This document shows positions 45,003 to 57,624 of a stretch of DNA of 64,000 nt, piece by piece. Location of the stretch: assembly GCA_000004985.1 (NCBI GenBank), contig GG738855.1, one strand, 5' to 3'. This DNA comes from Naegleria gruberi. Its lineage: Eukaryota. How positions within the stretch are numbered: the stretch's first letter is position 1; each line of letters begins with the position of its first letter. The notes beneath the pieces were generated by a model. It saw nothing but the letters and a program-made list of their open reading frames with translations, had not been told where the DNA came from and made no database searches. The position numbers and the translations under genes are program-made.

Positions 45003-45090
45003 TTTATTAAGGTTTCTTTTGTTTTAATGATGAAATCTCCTGATTTAGTCTTGAACTGTTATTTGTAAATAATATGTGTGGTAATTAAAC

Positions 45091-45486
45091 TTACATTTCT
45101 TTTTTGAACTCTTCGGTCACCAACTTGAACTCGTGTGTTAATTTCGTTATTGTTTCTGTATGTACTTTTATCAACTTGTCATATTCTTCTTTTTTTACGT
45201 ATTCTTCCTTAGGTTCGTGTTCTTCCACTGATGGTAAAGTTGGAGTTGTTGATGGTGTTGTTGGGAGATCTAGTGAAGGCTCTAAATTATTACCATTCTC
45301 GTTGGTTGTATCTACATTTAAATGATCAATCTTCCGTTTTTTCTTTTCGGGATTTGTGCTATCGGATTCGGAATTTGTGTTATCCTCTGATGATGATTGT
45401 TCCATTGTATTGTTGTTTTCATTTGTTGTTGCTGGTGAATCCCATTCCGCCATGATGTCTCGTTCAAGTTCTGTCAAGTCAGCCAT
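45091..45486 (-). CDS. hypothetical acidic/T-rich small protein
   Basis: A 131-aa ATG ORF with a KKKRK basic cluster and a C-terminal coiled-coil-like segment. No family is recognised. Confidence 0.3.
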   Translation of the reverse strand: MADLTELERDIMAEWDSPATTNENNNTMEQSSSEDNTNSESDSTNPEKKKRKIDHLNVDTTNENGNNLEPSLDLPTTPSTTPTLPSVEEHEPKEEYVKKEEYDKLIKVHTETITKLTHEFKLVTEEFKKEM

Positions 45487-46508
45487 TTTTTTTGAATTTA
45501 TTTGATGGCTCTGTTATTATTAAATTAATCGAATTATGCACGAATACTAGTATTAAAAATAATTTAAATTAATATATTTATTGTACATGTTTCTACTTCT
45601 TCATAGAAGCTGATGAAGCAGGTTTTGGTCCCTTTTTCAAATCTTTTTCCTCTTTTTCTAATTGGAATTCAAAAAATTGGAGACAAAACACACAAACATG
45701 CACTTTCTGATACAGTAAGGCTGGAGAAACAGGTTTAATTTTCATTCCCCAACTATTTCCGATTATTTGTCATCTATAAAGTACTAAAAACAAACCTTGA
45801 TCGAAGTTTCAAAACTGAATTGTATGAAATTGCTCCGGGCAGTGATTCTACATAAAATTCTTGTTCGCAAAGTTTGCATCTCCATTTCTTTTGTAACCCT
45901 TGAAAGACCTTATAGTCATTAGGGGATAATTCTGTCTGCAGATCCTTCTTTCCTGACATGTTTTTTCAAATTCCGATGCTAAATTCCTTAATCCTCTCGT
46001 TGTTGATGAAGAACAAATTGTGTTACTAGTGAAATACAACTGGTTGATTTTTTTTGAAAACTTGATGATTGAACAGCCTCGTAAATATTGAGGCGGTAAA
46101 CGGTTTTAAATAAAACCTCTCATGACGTAAATTATTTAAATAAGAAGTGAATGTGTGTTTGATGTTTAATAACAACCTTGTATCAAGAGTTGAAGATTTG
46201 GATTCAATTGGATAGCACAAATAAACTTTCAAGGTTTTTTAAGGGAAGAGGCAGACAAAACCGCCCAAAGACTATCTATTGCCGTTATGTTTGCCGCCAA
46301 AATTTGAATGCAAGAACGTTAGGAATTGTTTTCAATTTCACAAAACAATAGCAAAAAAAATTACATCAACTCCCCACACCACAGAGGATCTGCTGTAGTT
46401 TTCTGTACACAACTAATTACTAACAAACAAACTAATATACAAGGAGTCTGGGGTTATTAATTTAATCACACACATTCTTTATCTTTATACATAGAATACA
46501 ATACGAAA

Positions 46509-49500
46509 ATGAGCAGCGATACCATATCAACTACAACAACATCTTCATCATCATCATCTAACTTTACAACACAATCCGGAGTGAATGTGCAAGTGCTTTT
46601 AAGATGTAGACCACCTAATGATAAAGAAAAGGGACAATCCATCTCTGTTGAAACCTTACCATATATGAGAAAGGAATTAAAGATTCATCAAAAACTTGTT
46701 CATGGAAAGGAAATAACAAAAACATTTACTTTTGATAGAGTGTATGGTCCACAAACAACACAAAAAGAATTCTTTGAAGAATCCATCAAATCCATTGTTG
46801 ATGAAGCCTTGGATGGTTTTAATTGTACAATTTTTGCTTATGGTCAAACCAGTTCTGGTAAAACATACACGTAAGTTTATATCAATTAATCTTAATTATT
46901 AATTACAAATAATTACAGTATGGAAGGAAGAAGAGATTCTAATGATGTGACTGACACACACTCTGGTGTCATTCCAAGAAGTATCTACCACATTTTCAGA
47001 ACATTGGAATCTAATTCAACTGAATACACTGTTAAAGTTAGTTGCATGGAATTATATAATGAAGAATTACAAGATTTACTCACAGATAGACAGAATAAGC
47101 TCAAAATATTCGATGATAGTACTGGTAGAAAGGGTACTGTTGTAGCTGGTTTGGAAGAAATCAATGTTAGGGATGCCTCTCAAATCATTTCCATTGTTGA
47201 GGATGCCCAAAAGAGAAGACAAATGGCTGAAACTAATTTGAACAAATCCTCAAGTCGTTCTCACTGTATTACTACAATTACTATTCATATGAGAGAAGTT
47301 AACGATGAAGGTGAGGAATTTATCAAGACTGGTAAACTCAATCTTGTAGATTTGGCTGGTAGTGAAAATATTGGTAGATCAGGAGCTGTTAAACAAAGAG
47401 CTAAGGAAGCTGGTATGATCAATCAAAGTTTGCTCACCTTGGGAAGAGTTATTACAGCTCTCACTGAACACAGCCCACACATTCCATACAGAGAATCAAA
47501 GTTAACTAGAATTTTACAAGACAGTTTGGGTGGTAAGACAAAGACTTGTTTGATCGCCACTATCTCTCCATCAATTTTGTGTATTGAAGAAACTTTAAGC
47601 ACAGTCGATTATGCTCACAAAGCTAAGAGTATTAAGAACAAACCTGAAGTCAATATGAAGGTTTCTAAGGCCCAATTGATCAAGGAAATGTCTTCTGATA
47701 TGGAAAAACTCAAAGCTGAACTTAATGCCCAAAGACTCAAGAACGGTATTTACATGGCACCTGAAATTTATGAAGAAACTAATAGAAAATTGAAAGAACA
47801 AGAAGCCACCATCAGGGATATGGAAGATCAACTTCAACTCAGAGTCAAAGAATATGAAGAATTATCCATCCTCTTTAAAGAAAAAGAGAGAGACCTCCAG
47901 AGAGAAATAGCTGAACATGGTGAAACTAGACAAACACTTTCTTCTACAAGAGATACACTGAAGAGAACAGAAATCGATCTCAAGAATACCAAGGTTGAAT
48001 TGGGAGCCACTAATTTTGTTCTTGGAAAGACTCAAGAAACCGAGGAACAACTTTTATCTCAAGCTCATTACCTTTTGAATAATCTTAAAGAAAGCATTTC
48101 TGATGTTGATGGATTCATTTCAAAAGTTGACAGAAAGGCTAAAGTTGAAAATGAAAATCAAACATTGATTTCACAATTCAAAAATACGATGGATGAAAAG
48201 TTTGGTAGATCAGTTGATGAGGTTCATCTACTCCAAGCCACTTTTGAAGCACTTAACAGCTCTGCCAAGACATCTGTTTCTGAATTCATTATTGAAAAGG
48301 ATGCTCATACAAAGAATGTTAGAGATCAACTTGTATCCATGTCTGACCTCTTTTCTACATCACAAAATGAAATCATCCAAATGATTGCCAACAAATCTGA
48401 TAGCCAATCCAAGACTTTGGACGATTTGTCTTCCACCAATCAATCATTTGAAGCTACTCTCATCAATAACATGATGACTATGAAGAATGCCTTTGAAACA
48501 TCAATTGGTATCATTAACGAACAAATTGTTGCCCAGAGAAGTGAAATGCTCAATATTCACACTTTCTTTGTTGAAACTCTTACTAGAAACACAAAGTTTT
48601 TGGAAAATTTTGCTGGTAAACACTCTGAAGTGATGAAGGGTTTGAAACAAGAGATTGAACAAACTGTTACTGACCATATCAATCAATCTAATAACAATAG
48701 TCAAAAATTGAATGAAATGCTCAAACAACAAAAGCTTCAAAATGCATCCCTTAAGCAAGAATTGTTGAAGAATTTTGAAAGCCTTATTGACAATACTTTT
48801 ACTTCACAAGAAGTAGAGTTAACCGAGAATGTACAAACAATCCAAAAGTTCTTTGACTATTCTGTCAACTCTGTCCAACAAATGGATGGATCTGTCAAGA
48901 AGAACACTGATGAATCATTGTTCAATTTGGAAAAGATCAAGACCAATCTAGGATCTAATCAACAAGATGCAATTCAATCCATGACCAAGTCAAGAATTAA
49001 CATTGAAAATTTGATGGATAATATTTCAGAAGAAAATACCAACCTTACCACCAACATTAATTCTTTCTATAACAATACTAAGAAAGCTATTGGTTCTAAT
49101 ACTTCATCTCTCGATTTGTTTGTTAATACCTCAAAGCAATCCCAAAAGGTCTTTATGGATGAATGTTCTGCCTCATCATGCAAGAGCATTTCTACCTTCC
49201 AAGAATACCACAATCAATTGCAACATCGTTCTGACAACTACCAAAATCGTCTATCAATGTTTGCTAACACTCATCTTGAACTTCACAATTCTCAACATGA
49301 AAAGGTTAATGAATATAAGAATCAATTTGTTTCTGAAAGAATGAATGATATGAAGCGTAGCTTGGATACATTTAGTTTGAATACTGATCAACCAACAGGA
49401 ACAACTCCACAAAAGAAGAAGAGAAAGCTTCCTGAATCTCTTCCAAAAACTCAACCAAGACAAGAATTGGTTGAATTGTACAAATTAACTTTACCAGAAT

Positions 49501-49781
49501 CATTTGAAGCTGAAGAAGTTTGTTCTGTCTCCACACCAGACTCTGATAATATGGAAGATGTTGAAGCTGATTCCATTAGTGTGTCTAGTAACAAGGAAAA
49601 TGTTGATGACAATAACTTATCACCAATAGCAATCGTACCAACTGTAAAATCTATCAACATTCCAATGAAGAAAGTGAGCTCTGAACCTACTATTGTAAAG
49701 AAGCCAATTGTTAAAAAACCAACTATTACTAAGGTCTTGAAAAATAGTGCTCCAAATTTTGGGGTTTCTTCTTTCAGATAA
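46509..49781 (+). CDS. kinesin-5 (BimC/Eg5 family) bipolar mitotic kinesin; 2 exons (46509..46870, 46919..49781), about 1074 aa
   Basis: A 48-nt intron (GTAAGT at 46871; acceptor TTACAG at 46918) splits the P-loop IFAYGQTSSGKTYT|MEG. Motor motifs: VQVLLRCRPPNDKE, SSRSHCI, LNLVDLAGSENIGRSG, HIPYRESKLTRILQDSLGG. The stalk is a long coiled-coil, and the tail has a BimC-box-like TGTTPQKKKRK Cdk site. Kinesin-5 assignment is based on motor similarity to Eg5 ([20 protein letters not shown]..GIIPR) and the overall architecture. Confidence 0.8.
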
Positions 49782-49891
49782 ATTTTTAAATGTAAATAAC
49801 CCATACTCTTCTTTTAACTTGTTGCTTCTGACGTGTTCCAGGATTCAAGAAAAACAAATATTCAATAAGCTTAATTGTATTAAGCATGCAT

Positions 49892-52256
49892 TTATTGTCT
49901 CCTATTTACACTCTTCTTCACCTTGGAAGCTTTCTTATAGGCAAGATAATAGTTAAGACTCTCTGGGTCTTCTTGTTGAAGTCTTTCAATTTGGAGCTTT
50001 TCGAATTTTTCACCCTCATCCAACACATCTTCTTTTCCTTCCTGATCTAATCCTCTGTATCTGGAACTTCTAGATGATTGAGTTGGTCTATTGTCTTCTT
50101 CTTCCATGTACCTTTCGTCGTAATAGGCTTGGAAATCAGCTACAAGAGATTGTCTCAAAGTTTCTAAGGCCTTCTCAAGATAATCAATTTCGGATTTCAA
50201 CATCTTTCTTTCCTCAAAGGATTGCTTGTATGTTTCCTTTCTTTCCTTAATGCTTTGGAAGAATAGCATTTCTTCTTCATCCACAATATCATCTCCCACT
50301 TTATAATAATTATAGCGAACTTTAAAACAATTTCAACAACTTACAATGTGCATTTTCAACTTGTTTCTTATCAATCTTGGTCTTTAAATTATCAATATCT
50401 GCCTTGATATCATTAAGCCTTTGGGTTACATTCTTGAAGAGAGATTTCTTTTCCTTCAAGGAAGCAGAATTTTCCTTAATACTTTCACTTAATTGTTTTC
50501 CAACTGTGTGTTTAAACTCCTCAAAGGCATCGTTTCTGGGCATGATAATCTTGCTGGCAGTTTTTGACCTTTCAGTATCAGGAACAACAGCTGAGGTAGA
50601 TCTTTCTTCCCTTGCTGATAAAACTGTAGCTTTCTTTGTTTTCTTTTGGAAATCAACATTTGGTTTTGCCTCTCCAAATCCAAAACCAGTCTTACTTTCA
50701 ACTTCACCAACTCCATTTTCCTCATGAATTTTCTCTTCATGGATTTTTCCTGCAAAATTGGAAGCTGGAGCTGTTTGCTGTTTTTCTCTGTTAGAAGCTG
50801 AATGAATAGACTCTGGTTCTGTGAAAGAAGAGGCCTCTTTCAACAAGGTTTTGAATTGTACGAATATTTCCTTAATTCTTCTGATGTTTTTAATTTCCAA
50901 CTCTTCCACTTCTCCATTTACATAGCTTCTAATTTCCTTTCTCAATTCAACCTTTTGTTCCTCGGTGTATGGGTCATAATTTGCTTGATTGATTCCTCTC
51001 AATTGATCGTGCATGGATAGTTCTTGTTTCAGCTCTTTAATTTCCTTTTCATACTTTTTAATGAGAGCATCTGGGTTCATATGAACATTAATCATTGCTT
51101 CGTTGGAAACTCTCATCATTCTAGTGGCGAATTTAAGCGTACCAATTGTTTCTTCAATATGTTGTTCTTCTCCCCATACGTTCGCAATCATCAAAGTTTT
51201 GCAATTACCTCCTAAAGAATCCTTTAAGAAATAGGTAAGCTTGGATTGTCTGTAAGGGATGTGTTCTCTTGTTGGATTTCCCAATGCAATAACAACCTGT
51301 TCCAAAAACGAAAGTGACTTGTTGATGTATTTTGCTTCAGTGAGAACAAGTCCACTAGAGTGAGTTTTAGAAACTCTTTCACTACCAGCCAAGTCAACCA
51401 AATTCAACTTGGATTGAACGGTTTGACCTTCTGATTCAACTCTACTTCTACTTTCCAAATACATTGTAAAAACACAGTGAGATCTTGTTGAGGCCTTGTT
51501 CAATTGATGTTCACAGATAGCTCTGTTTGTTTCACCTTCAAAAAGCATTGATAAGGCTTCTTCCTCACTATTAACAATGTGACATGACAATCCTCTAACC
51601 ATGATAGTTCCCTTATTATCCTCCATAATAACCATATTGTCATCGTATGCATCATTTTTAGCTTTTGCCAATTGAGTGTCACTAATATCAGATAATAAAT
51701 CAAATAATTGTTCATTATAGATTTCCATATAAGAAACTCGTAATGTAAATGATTTTTCAGGATAATTTGACATTTCGGCAAACACTTGTTGAATTGCTCT
51801 TGGTATTAAACCTCTATTCTTATAATTGTTGGCAGCTCCAATCATGGTGTAGGTCTTACCTTTTTGATTGTTTCAATAATTAGAAATTATAAACTCAAAA
51901 TACAAACCTGAACCAGTTTGACCATAGGCCATCACAGTTCCATTATAACCTTCAAGGAATGATTTTGTAATATCATAACAACATTCATTAAATACTGTAT
52001 CTTGTGATACATTATGAAGTGTTTTATCAAATTTGAATGAATAATCTTCCTTCTTTGTTTCCAAATAATTTACATTTCCCGATTGTTTTCCAGATCTTCC
52101 CTTATTCTTAATCTCAATGCTCTTTTTTGATTCATCAAGAACAATCACATCCTGAGCAAAGAAAGCAGTCGGTCTAAATTATCATTGTATTAATAAATTT
52201 ATAAAATTCTTCACGTACCTCGTTCTGACACAAACTTGTACTGGGGTGTTGACCAT
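49892..52256 (-). CDS. kinesin-9A (KIF9/KLP1-like, flagellar central-pair kinesin); 4 exons (52256..52219, 52173..51908, 51859..50345, 50298..49892), about 741 aa
   Basis: Exon 1 encodes MVNTPVQVCVRTR; the introns are 45, 48 and 46 nt (GTACGT, GTTTGT, GTAAGT donors), frame-checked against ORFs 51873-52148, 50322-51845 and 49892-50299. Matches to KIF9 from memory: DYSFKFDKTLHNVSQDTVFNECCYDITKSFLEGYNGTVMAYGQTGSG|KTYTMIGAANNYKNRGLIPRAIQQVF (DWSFKLDGVLHDASQDLVYETVAKDVVSQALDGYNGTIMCYGQTGAGKTYTMMGATENYKHRGILPRALQQVF), RVSYMEIYNEQLFDLLS, NLVDLAGSERVSKT, INKSLSFLEQVVIALG (identical to the KIF9 INKSLSFLEQ signature) and HIPYRQSKLTYFLKDSLGGNC. Confidence 0.75.
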
Positions 52257-52389
52257 TTTGTTTTTTTAAAATTTAATTTACAGTTTTAAAATTTGGCGCC
52301 ATTTCAAATTGTTTCAAAAAAAGCAAATAAGTATTATTACATCGAAGAACAAATAGAAAGGTGCTTTGACAGATACAACATTGGTTTTA

Positions 52390-55155
52390 TTAGTTAAAGA
52401 AGAATGTAATGTCAGAGAATGTTTTTGGAGTTTGTGGAACTTTTTCAATTAGAGCATTTTCGATTGGAGAGTCAATGATGACCTTAAAGTCAGTATTAGT
52501 GAGATGCTTGGCAAAATATTTGAGAGATGGAATGGAGAGTGGAACATATCGTCTATCAGGGCAGTAGAGTACAAAATTAATGGAGGAGGAAGGTGAGGTA
52601 GCATCCTGTTCACTGTTTCCTGGTGCAGTTTGTTCTTCATTGTTGGTTGATGCTGGTGGTTCTTTCAAGTCCTTAAAGTCATCTTTAGAATCTTTGGTTT
52701 CCTTGGTTGGTTTTTGAGATGGTGAATCATTATTATTGGAAAGTGATTGATTTGGTGGAGATGAGAGAATATATCTCAAATTTTGTCTAATATTTGTCAA
52801 GACCTTTTTCATTTCGTCGTCTACACTCGAATTGAAGAACATGATTTTAGCCAAATTGAGGAAATCACCAATCTTGACGAAAATTGAAGGATCTGCTTTG
52901 TGTATCACATCTGAATCAGAAGGAATGTCATAGTACTTTTCCAAGAATGCTTGTTGCTTTGATCTATTTTGCTTGGTTATTTTAATTTCCAAAATCCAAT
53001 TAAGAATTGTCTTTTTGATTTGACTAGCTTTTTCTGATACTCCTTTGTATTCCTTAGTTTGTAAACATGAATCATGACCAGACATGATATCCAAAAATTG
53101 AGAAATGTGGCTTTCCTTTGATCTGACGTTATTGTTGATGAGAACCTGTTGTAACTTTTTTCTAATCTTGTTAATTCTCAAGTAGGAACTGACAATATAG
53201 GCACTGGCAAGCTCTGTAGAACTAATCTTGTTTCCTGAGGCATTAACATTGGCACTGCTCTTGGAAGCATAATCGAAAATTTGTGTCAAGAAGAAGTGAA
53301 TATAGGCAAGTTTGTACTGATGTTCGAATGGAGCTTCTTTCAAGTGCAAAATCAACTTTTCATGAATCTTGTCAAGAATATTTTCCCATATTTGAATCTT
53401 CTTTTCCAAACTGTATTCTTTAGTTCTGATAGGAATATCCAAGTTTGGATTCTTTCTTGGAGTGGTTGGTGATGAACCAGAACCGTTGCCATTGATTACT
53501 ACAAGACCAGCTCCTTGTGAAAGACTAGCTTGACGCATTTCTTCAAAGTTTTTCATGTCTTGTTGTAATTTGGCACGTTGTTTCATTTTGTTAATGGAAT
53601 CAGAGAAAATCTTCTTCATTCCAACAGTTGGAAATTCAGAAATTGATTGTTCTGAAACATCTGAAGTAGTGTCAAAACTCTTTCTGAACATGGAGGTTCC
53701 ACCAGTTGGAGTTTGAGGGGAAGGAGAAAGATAAGAACTCGTTGATGGACTTCCATACAAATTATTTCCAATACCATTTCCCATAGGAAGACCATTTTCA
53801 TAACTTGAAGGAGCAGAAGAGGAAAGTATGTCATTTGAACGACCAGCTGAATCATAGAGGATACTGTTTTGTTGTGAATTTTCGTCACTAACGCTTGAAC
53901 GTAATGAATCCATACTACCCATTCTTAAATGAGAACCAGCAACAGGTGACATGGTTGTGTGCACTCTTAATTCAAGTCTGTCATCATTGACTGGTGAGCT
54001 AGAGTAAGGAGAAGAACCCAAATAGGAATATCTGGTTGATGGTGAGGAGGAAATCATTTGCTTTCCCAATTCATGAATGGTTGGTGAAGAAGACAGCGCA
54101 GGAGAAGAACCAACACCCAAATAAACAGGTGGTGATTGAGAACTTGAACCAGCTCTAGAACGTCCACTTCCAGTAATCAACACGCTTTGACTACTAGGTC
54201 TGGTTTGAATTGCTATAGCAGTTGTAAGTTGTTGGACAGATGAATTCTCATTTTCTTCATCATCTGATGAAGAGGATTCTCTATTTTCCTTTGATTCATT
54301 ATTTGTATTATGAGCGAGTATTGCACTACTGATATCAGAAATATTATTTGAGAGTGCTTGAGTCGAGTGATCGTTAGCATTTGGTTCGGAAGAGGTACTA
54401 TTCATTGATGCATTATTACCACTACCATTGTTATCATTGCTAGAATCTGTCGATCCCTCAATTCTACCACTACTAGCACTATTATCACCAGAAGAAGGAG
54501 AAGTGGAAGAGTTTGCAGTATTAGTATTGACACCTTTCAATGCACCTCCTCCATATTTACCAAATTCCTGTTGCTCTTGATGATATTGTGAAACCTTACC
54601 ATAATAGACAACAGTTGCACTTCTTCTTTTCATCTTATCCAAATTGACAATTGATAAATCCACACCATGATAATGAGAAAGAACAGTTTCAACAACCTTA
54701 TCCAAATAATTATTTCTTTGAGTGACTGGATCTTCTACTGTCAAAATACTCAACAAATTATCCAATGATTTGTTTCCCTTCAATCTAATCATATAAAGTA
54801 ATTGAATGATGGATCTCAAATAGAGAAACTTTAATCTTTTTGTCTTCATGTGATTAAAAATCATATAAGTTAACTTGATGTATTCCATTTCATCACCATC
54901 ATTATAAGATCCATCATCACCATTCATCTTATCTAGTGCATGTTTAACTAACATGGATAAATATTGTGGTTGTGTCTGTAGTAAGTAGAATACAAATCCT
55001 ATATGTTGTAGTAAACGTTCTCGCTTTTCCCTTCTTAGGTTTTTAACAGTATCATCTTGTATTGAATTGGAATTAGAAACTTCCATAATGTTGGAACTTT
55101 CACTCTCCGAGAAACTCTCAAAGAGAGGATAAGAATTACTATTATTTTGTCCCAT
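52390..55155 (-). CDS. large hypothetical protein (921 aa) with predicted N-myristoylation site and long S/N-rich disordered middle
   Basis: Continuous minus ORF starting MGQNNSNS (Gly2, Ser6). The N-terminal region is structured (LLQHIGFVFYLLQTQPQYLSMLV). The central 300 aa is S/N/G-rich and low complexity. The C-terminal roughly 350 aa is structured (FEHQYKLAYIHFFLTQIFDY...). No family is assigned. Confidence 0.45.
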   Translation of the reverse strand: MGQNNSNSYPLFESFSESESSNIMEVSNSNSIQDDTVKNLRREKRERLLQHIGFVFYLLQTQPQYLSMLVKHALDKMNGDDGSYNDGDEMEYIKLTYMIFNHMKTKRLKFLYLRSIIQLLYMIRLKGNKSLDNLLSILTVEDPVTQRNNYLDKVVETVLSHYHGVDLSIVNLDKMKRRSATVVYYGKVSQYHQEQQEFGKYGGGALKGVNTNTANSSTSPSSGDNSASSGRIEGSTDSSNDNNGSGNNASMNSTSSEPNANDHSTQALSNNISDISSAILAHNTNNESKENRESSSSDDEENENSSVQQLTTAIAIQTRPSSQSVLITGSGRSRAGSSSQSPPVYLGVGSSPALSSSPTIHELGKQMISSSPSTRYSYLGSSPYSSSPVNDDRLELRVHTTMSPVAGSHLRMGSMDSLRSSVSDENSQQNSILYDSAGRSNDILSSSAPSSYENGLPMGNGIGNNLYGSPSTSSYLSPSPQTPTGGTSMFRKSFDTTSDVSEQSISEFPTVGMKKIFSDSINKMKQRAKLQQDMKNFEEMRQASLSQGAGLVVINGNGSGSSPTTPRKNPNLDIPIRTKEYSLEKKIQIWENILDKIHEKLILHLKEAPFEHQYKLAYIHFFLTQIFDYASKSSANVNASGNKISSTELASAYIVSSYLRINKIRKKLQQVLINNNVRSKESHISQFLDIMSGHDSCLQTKEYKGVSEKASQIKKTILNWILEIKITKQNRSKQQAFLEKYYDIPSDSDVIHKADPSIFVKIGDFLNLAKIMFFNSSVDDEMKKVLTNIRQNLRYILSSPPNQSLSNNNDSPSQKPTKETKDSKDDFKDLKEPPASTNNEEQTAPGNSEQDATSPSSSINFVLYCPDRRYVPLSIPSLKYFAKHLTNTDFKVIIDSPIENALIEKVPQTPKTFSDITFFFN

Positions 55156-55525
55156 CGATTATCTATTTTAGTTGAAATTAAAGATTTCTTCTACCAATTA
55201 AATTTCTCTAATTGTTTTTGTATGAAAGTATTGTATTATTACTTTCTAATAAATTAATTTCTTCTTGTTGTAGAACGGAAGGATGATCGTACGGAAAGTT
55301 GTGCTGCTGGCGAGTGAAACCAACTGATGATGGCAAAATTGTTGGTTTTTTTCTAATAGTGAAGTAAAGTAGTTGAAAGGTGACACAAATGAAAATGAGC
55401 CCAACAAAAAGGAACAGAACATTTACAATATTGTGTAGTCAACCAGTACGATTCTTAAAACCATTCATTTATGGAAAAACAAAGTCTTACAAAAGGTTAG
55501 AATCCTTAATTAAATTGAATTAAAT

Positions 55526-57147
55526 TTATTGGTGAGTGATGATATTCAAATCACTCAAAATATATGAACTGTTATCTGTCATTGAATGCCTAAAATGTTT
55601 GCTGACCTCTTCTTTGCTTTCTTCAACTACAATAACAAAGAAAGTAGTGGTCATACTGAGAATATTTCTAATCTCAAGAGAGCCACAAGCTTCCCATAAA
55701 TTGTAAACAGGTTCAACTTCTGAGGGTAACTTTGGTGCAATATCTTGAACAGATGAGCTAGCTTGACCAACATTAATTTTTCTCCATTTGGTTGGGCGAA
55801 CAACAGGGACTGGTTTCAAATCTCTTGGAAGTTCGATAGCCTTTAATTTTGGAATAGCAGCAGAGGGATACAGTGAATAAATATTATTCCATTTCGAAAC
55901 AATAAAGAATTCATCAGTGGAATTAACTATTCTTCTTACATGACTTATTTCTAAATCAATAAAGTTGGACTTCTTTGAAACAAATAATCTTTTGTCCTCA
56001 TCCCTTACCACAAGCATACTGTTGTCTATTGACCTTATTTCACATATTGGAAAAGGTAAATCTAACAAAAAGCATTCTCTTTGTACTGTATCGATATTAT
56101 CTGTACTTTCATTATTAAAGATCAAATTATTAACTCTCAATGTATGAGAGGAATTATCATTCAACAAATCTGTAATTATATTCAATCTTTCTCTGAATGT
56201 TGAGTATACTTTACCAGATTTGGTAACTAGAAAATTGCCAACAAATAATTGTTGTACGGAAACTATTGTTTCATTAGGTATTTCTATTGAGCAAATATAT
56301 GGAGAATCCATCTCATCTGCCTCAATAAAATCAACTTGTACATCATCAAAATCAATCATTCTCTTTCGTAAAAAGTAGGTATCTTTTCCACAAATGTACC
56401 ACTTTCCATTTTGTGTTCCAAACACAGAACTGTGAGAATTGGTTTTAATGGTTGTTATATACTCATTCTTTGCTATGAAATCAACTTGATTCCAATCCTC
56501 AACGAAATCGCATCTATTGAGTAATCCCAATTCATTAAATGTATTGGTACCTCTAAATACTGTGAGTATAAGTCAATTAAATTTTTAACATACCTTGCAT
56601 ATACCTTACCATTCCTCAATTGAATAAAGTACACTCTTCTATTGGTGTCACAACTAAAGTTGATAAACACCACATCTTCTTTCGTCAAATTTCTTGTTCC
56701 ACTTTGTTGATTTGCATAAAATACTGGAATAACTGGCAATGATATCTCAGTTATCTTTGTGGTATACTCACTAATGTTATTGACATTTGAGAATTTACCG
56801 ACATGGTATAAAACAAGAACTTTCGTTTCTTCCTCTTCGAAAAGAACCACCAACTCACCAAACACACTATTGATGTATACTATCTGACTCAAATCCGTCA
56901 ATTTCTTAATACCAAACAATGACCGTTTCTCTTTTAATTCAGGAGCAGTTGTTAGGAATAATTTTGCCTGATTTACATCTTCACAACTTCCAAACTTTGA
57001 TGGATTCATAGGAGTATAAGGAGAGAAGGATAGAAAATGTCTATTTCCACTCCCTTGAAATATTGGGAAATTGGAATGTTCCTTAAGGATTCTATTAGAT
57101 TCTTCCTTAGAGTTACGATCCATTTCGTCAATAATGATTGGCTCCAT
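55526..57147 (-). CDS. hypothetical protein, 2 exons (57147..56610, 56559..55526), about 524 aa
   Basis: The ORF-track start at 57171 is a TTG; the first ATG encodes MEPIIIDEMDR at 57147. A 50-nt intron (donor G|GTAAGG at about 56609; acceptor CTCACAG at about 56560) joins the ORFs in frame (..FIQLRN|VFRGTNTFNELGLLNRCDF..). No recognisable domain. Confidence 0.4.
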
Positions 57148-57624
57148 TATAATGGAATGATTATTATTCAATGATGATAAGGGATTTTGTATGAAGCTAG
57201 ATAGGCTTTTTTTTGTGTTTCTTTCTTTGAAAACACAATTTATGCTTCAATACATAATAATAACTCTCTTTTGTATTACGGTACTGTTCTCTTTTCCTGA
57301 ATAAATGTCATCAATGTATGATATATTGTGCTCGTCATATACGGATTGCTTCGCTGACAATCATCAAATTAAATAATTAATAAACTCCATCAAAATATTA
57401 TTGAATAAATAAATTTAAATATGAATATGAAGAATTATGAAATAAATTATTCCTTCTCAATTCTTATCCTGTAATCCAAACATTCTTCATCAAAATAATA
57501 AATTAATTGCTTATCACCAAAAACAATATTCTTCTTCATCTTCTTCACCTACAAACTTTCATCATCCGATTTTCAAAAAATAAATAGTGGTGCTATTTTT
57601 ATTTTTAATGCATTAAACAAAAAA

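Noticed and set aside
45774-45959. 61-aa minus ORF MSGKKDLQTELSPNDYKVFQGLQKKWRCKLCEQEF.. possibly the first exon (donor CAAG|GTTTGT) of a small zinc-finger-like gene
   Set aside because: Downstream exons could not be placed in frame with confidence; family unknown.
1263-57171. ORF-track start codons reported as M at 1263, 2463, 6774, 14128, 24318, 25083, 35686, 42939, 44135, 58146, 57171 and others
   Set aside because: The underlying codons are TTG/GTG/CTG, which the ORF finder allows as alternative starts. I replaced them with the first in-frame ATG or with an upstream spliced exon where homology demanded it.
55526-57171. Treating 55526-56530 and 56473-57171 as two genes
   Set aside because: A 50-nt intron joins them in frame with no intervening stop; a single gene is more parsimonious.
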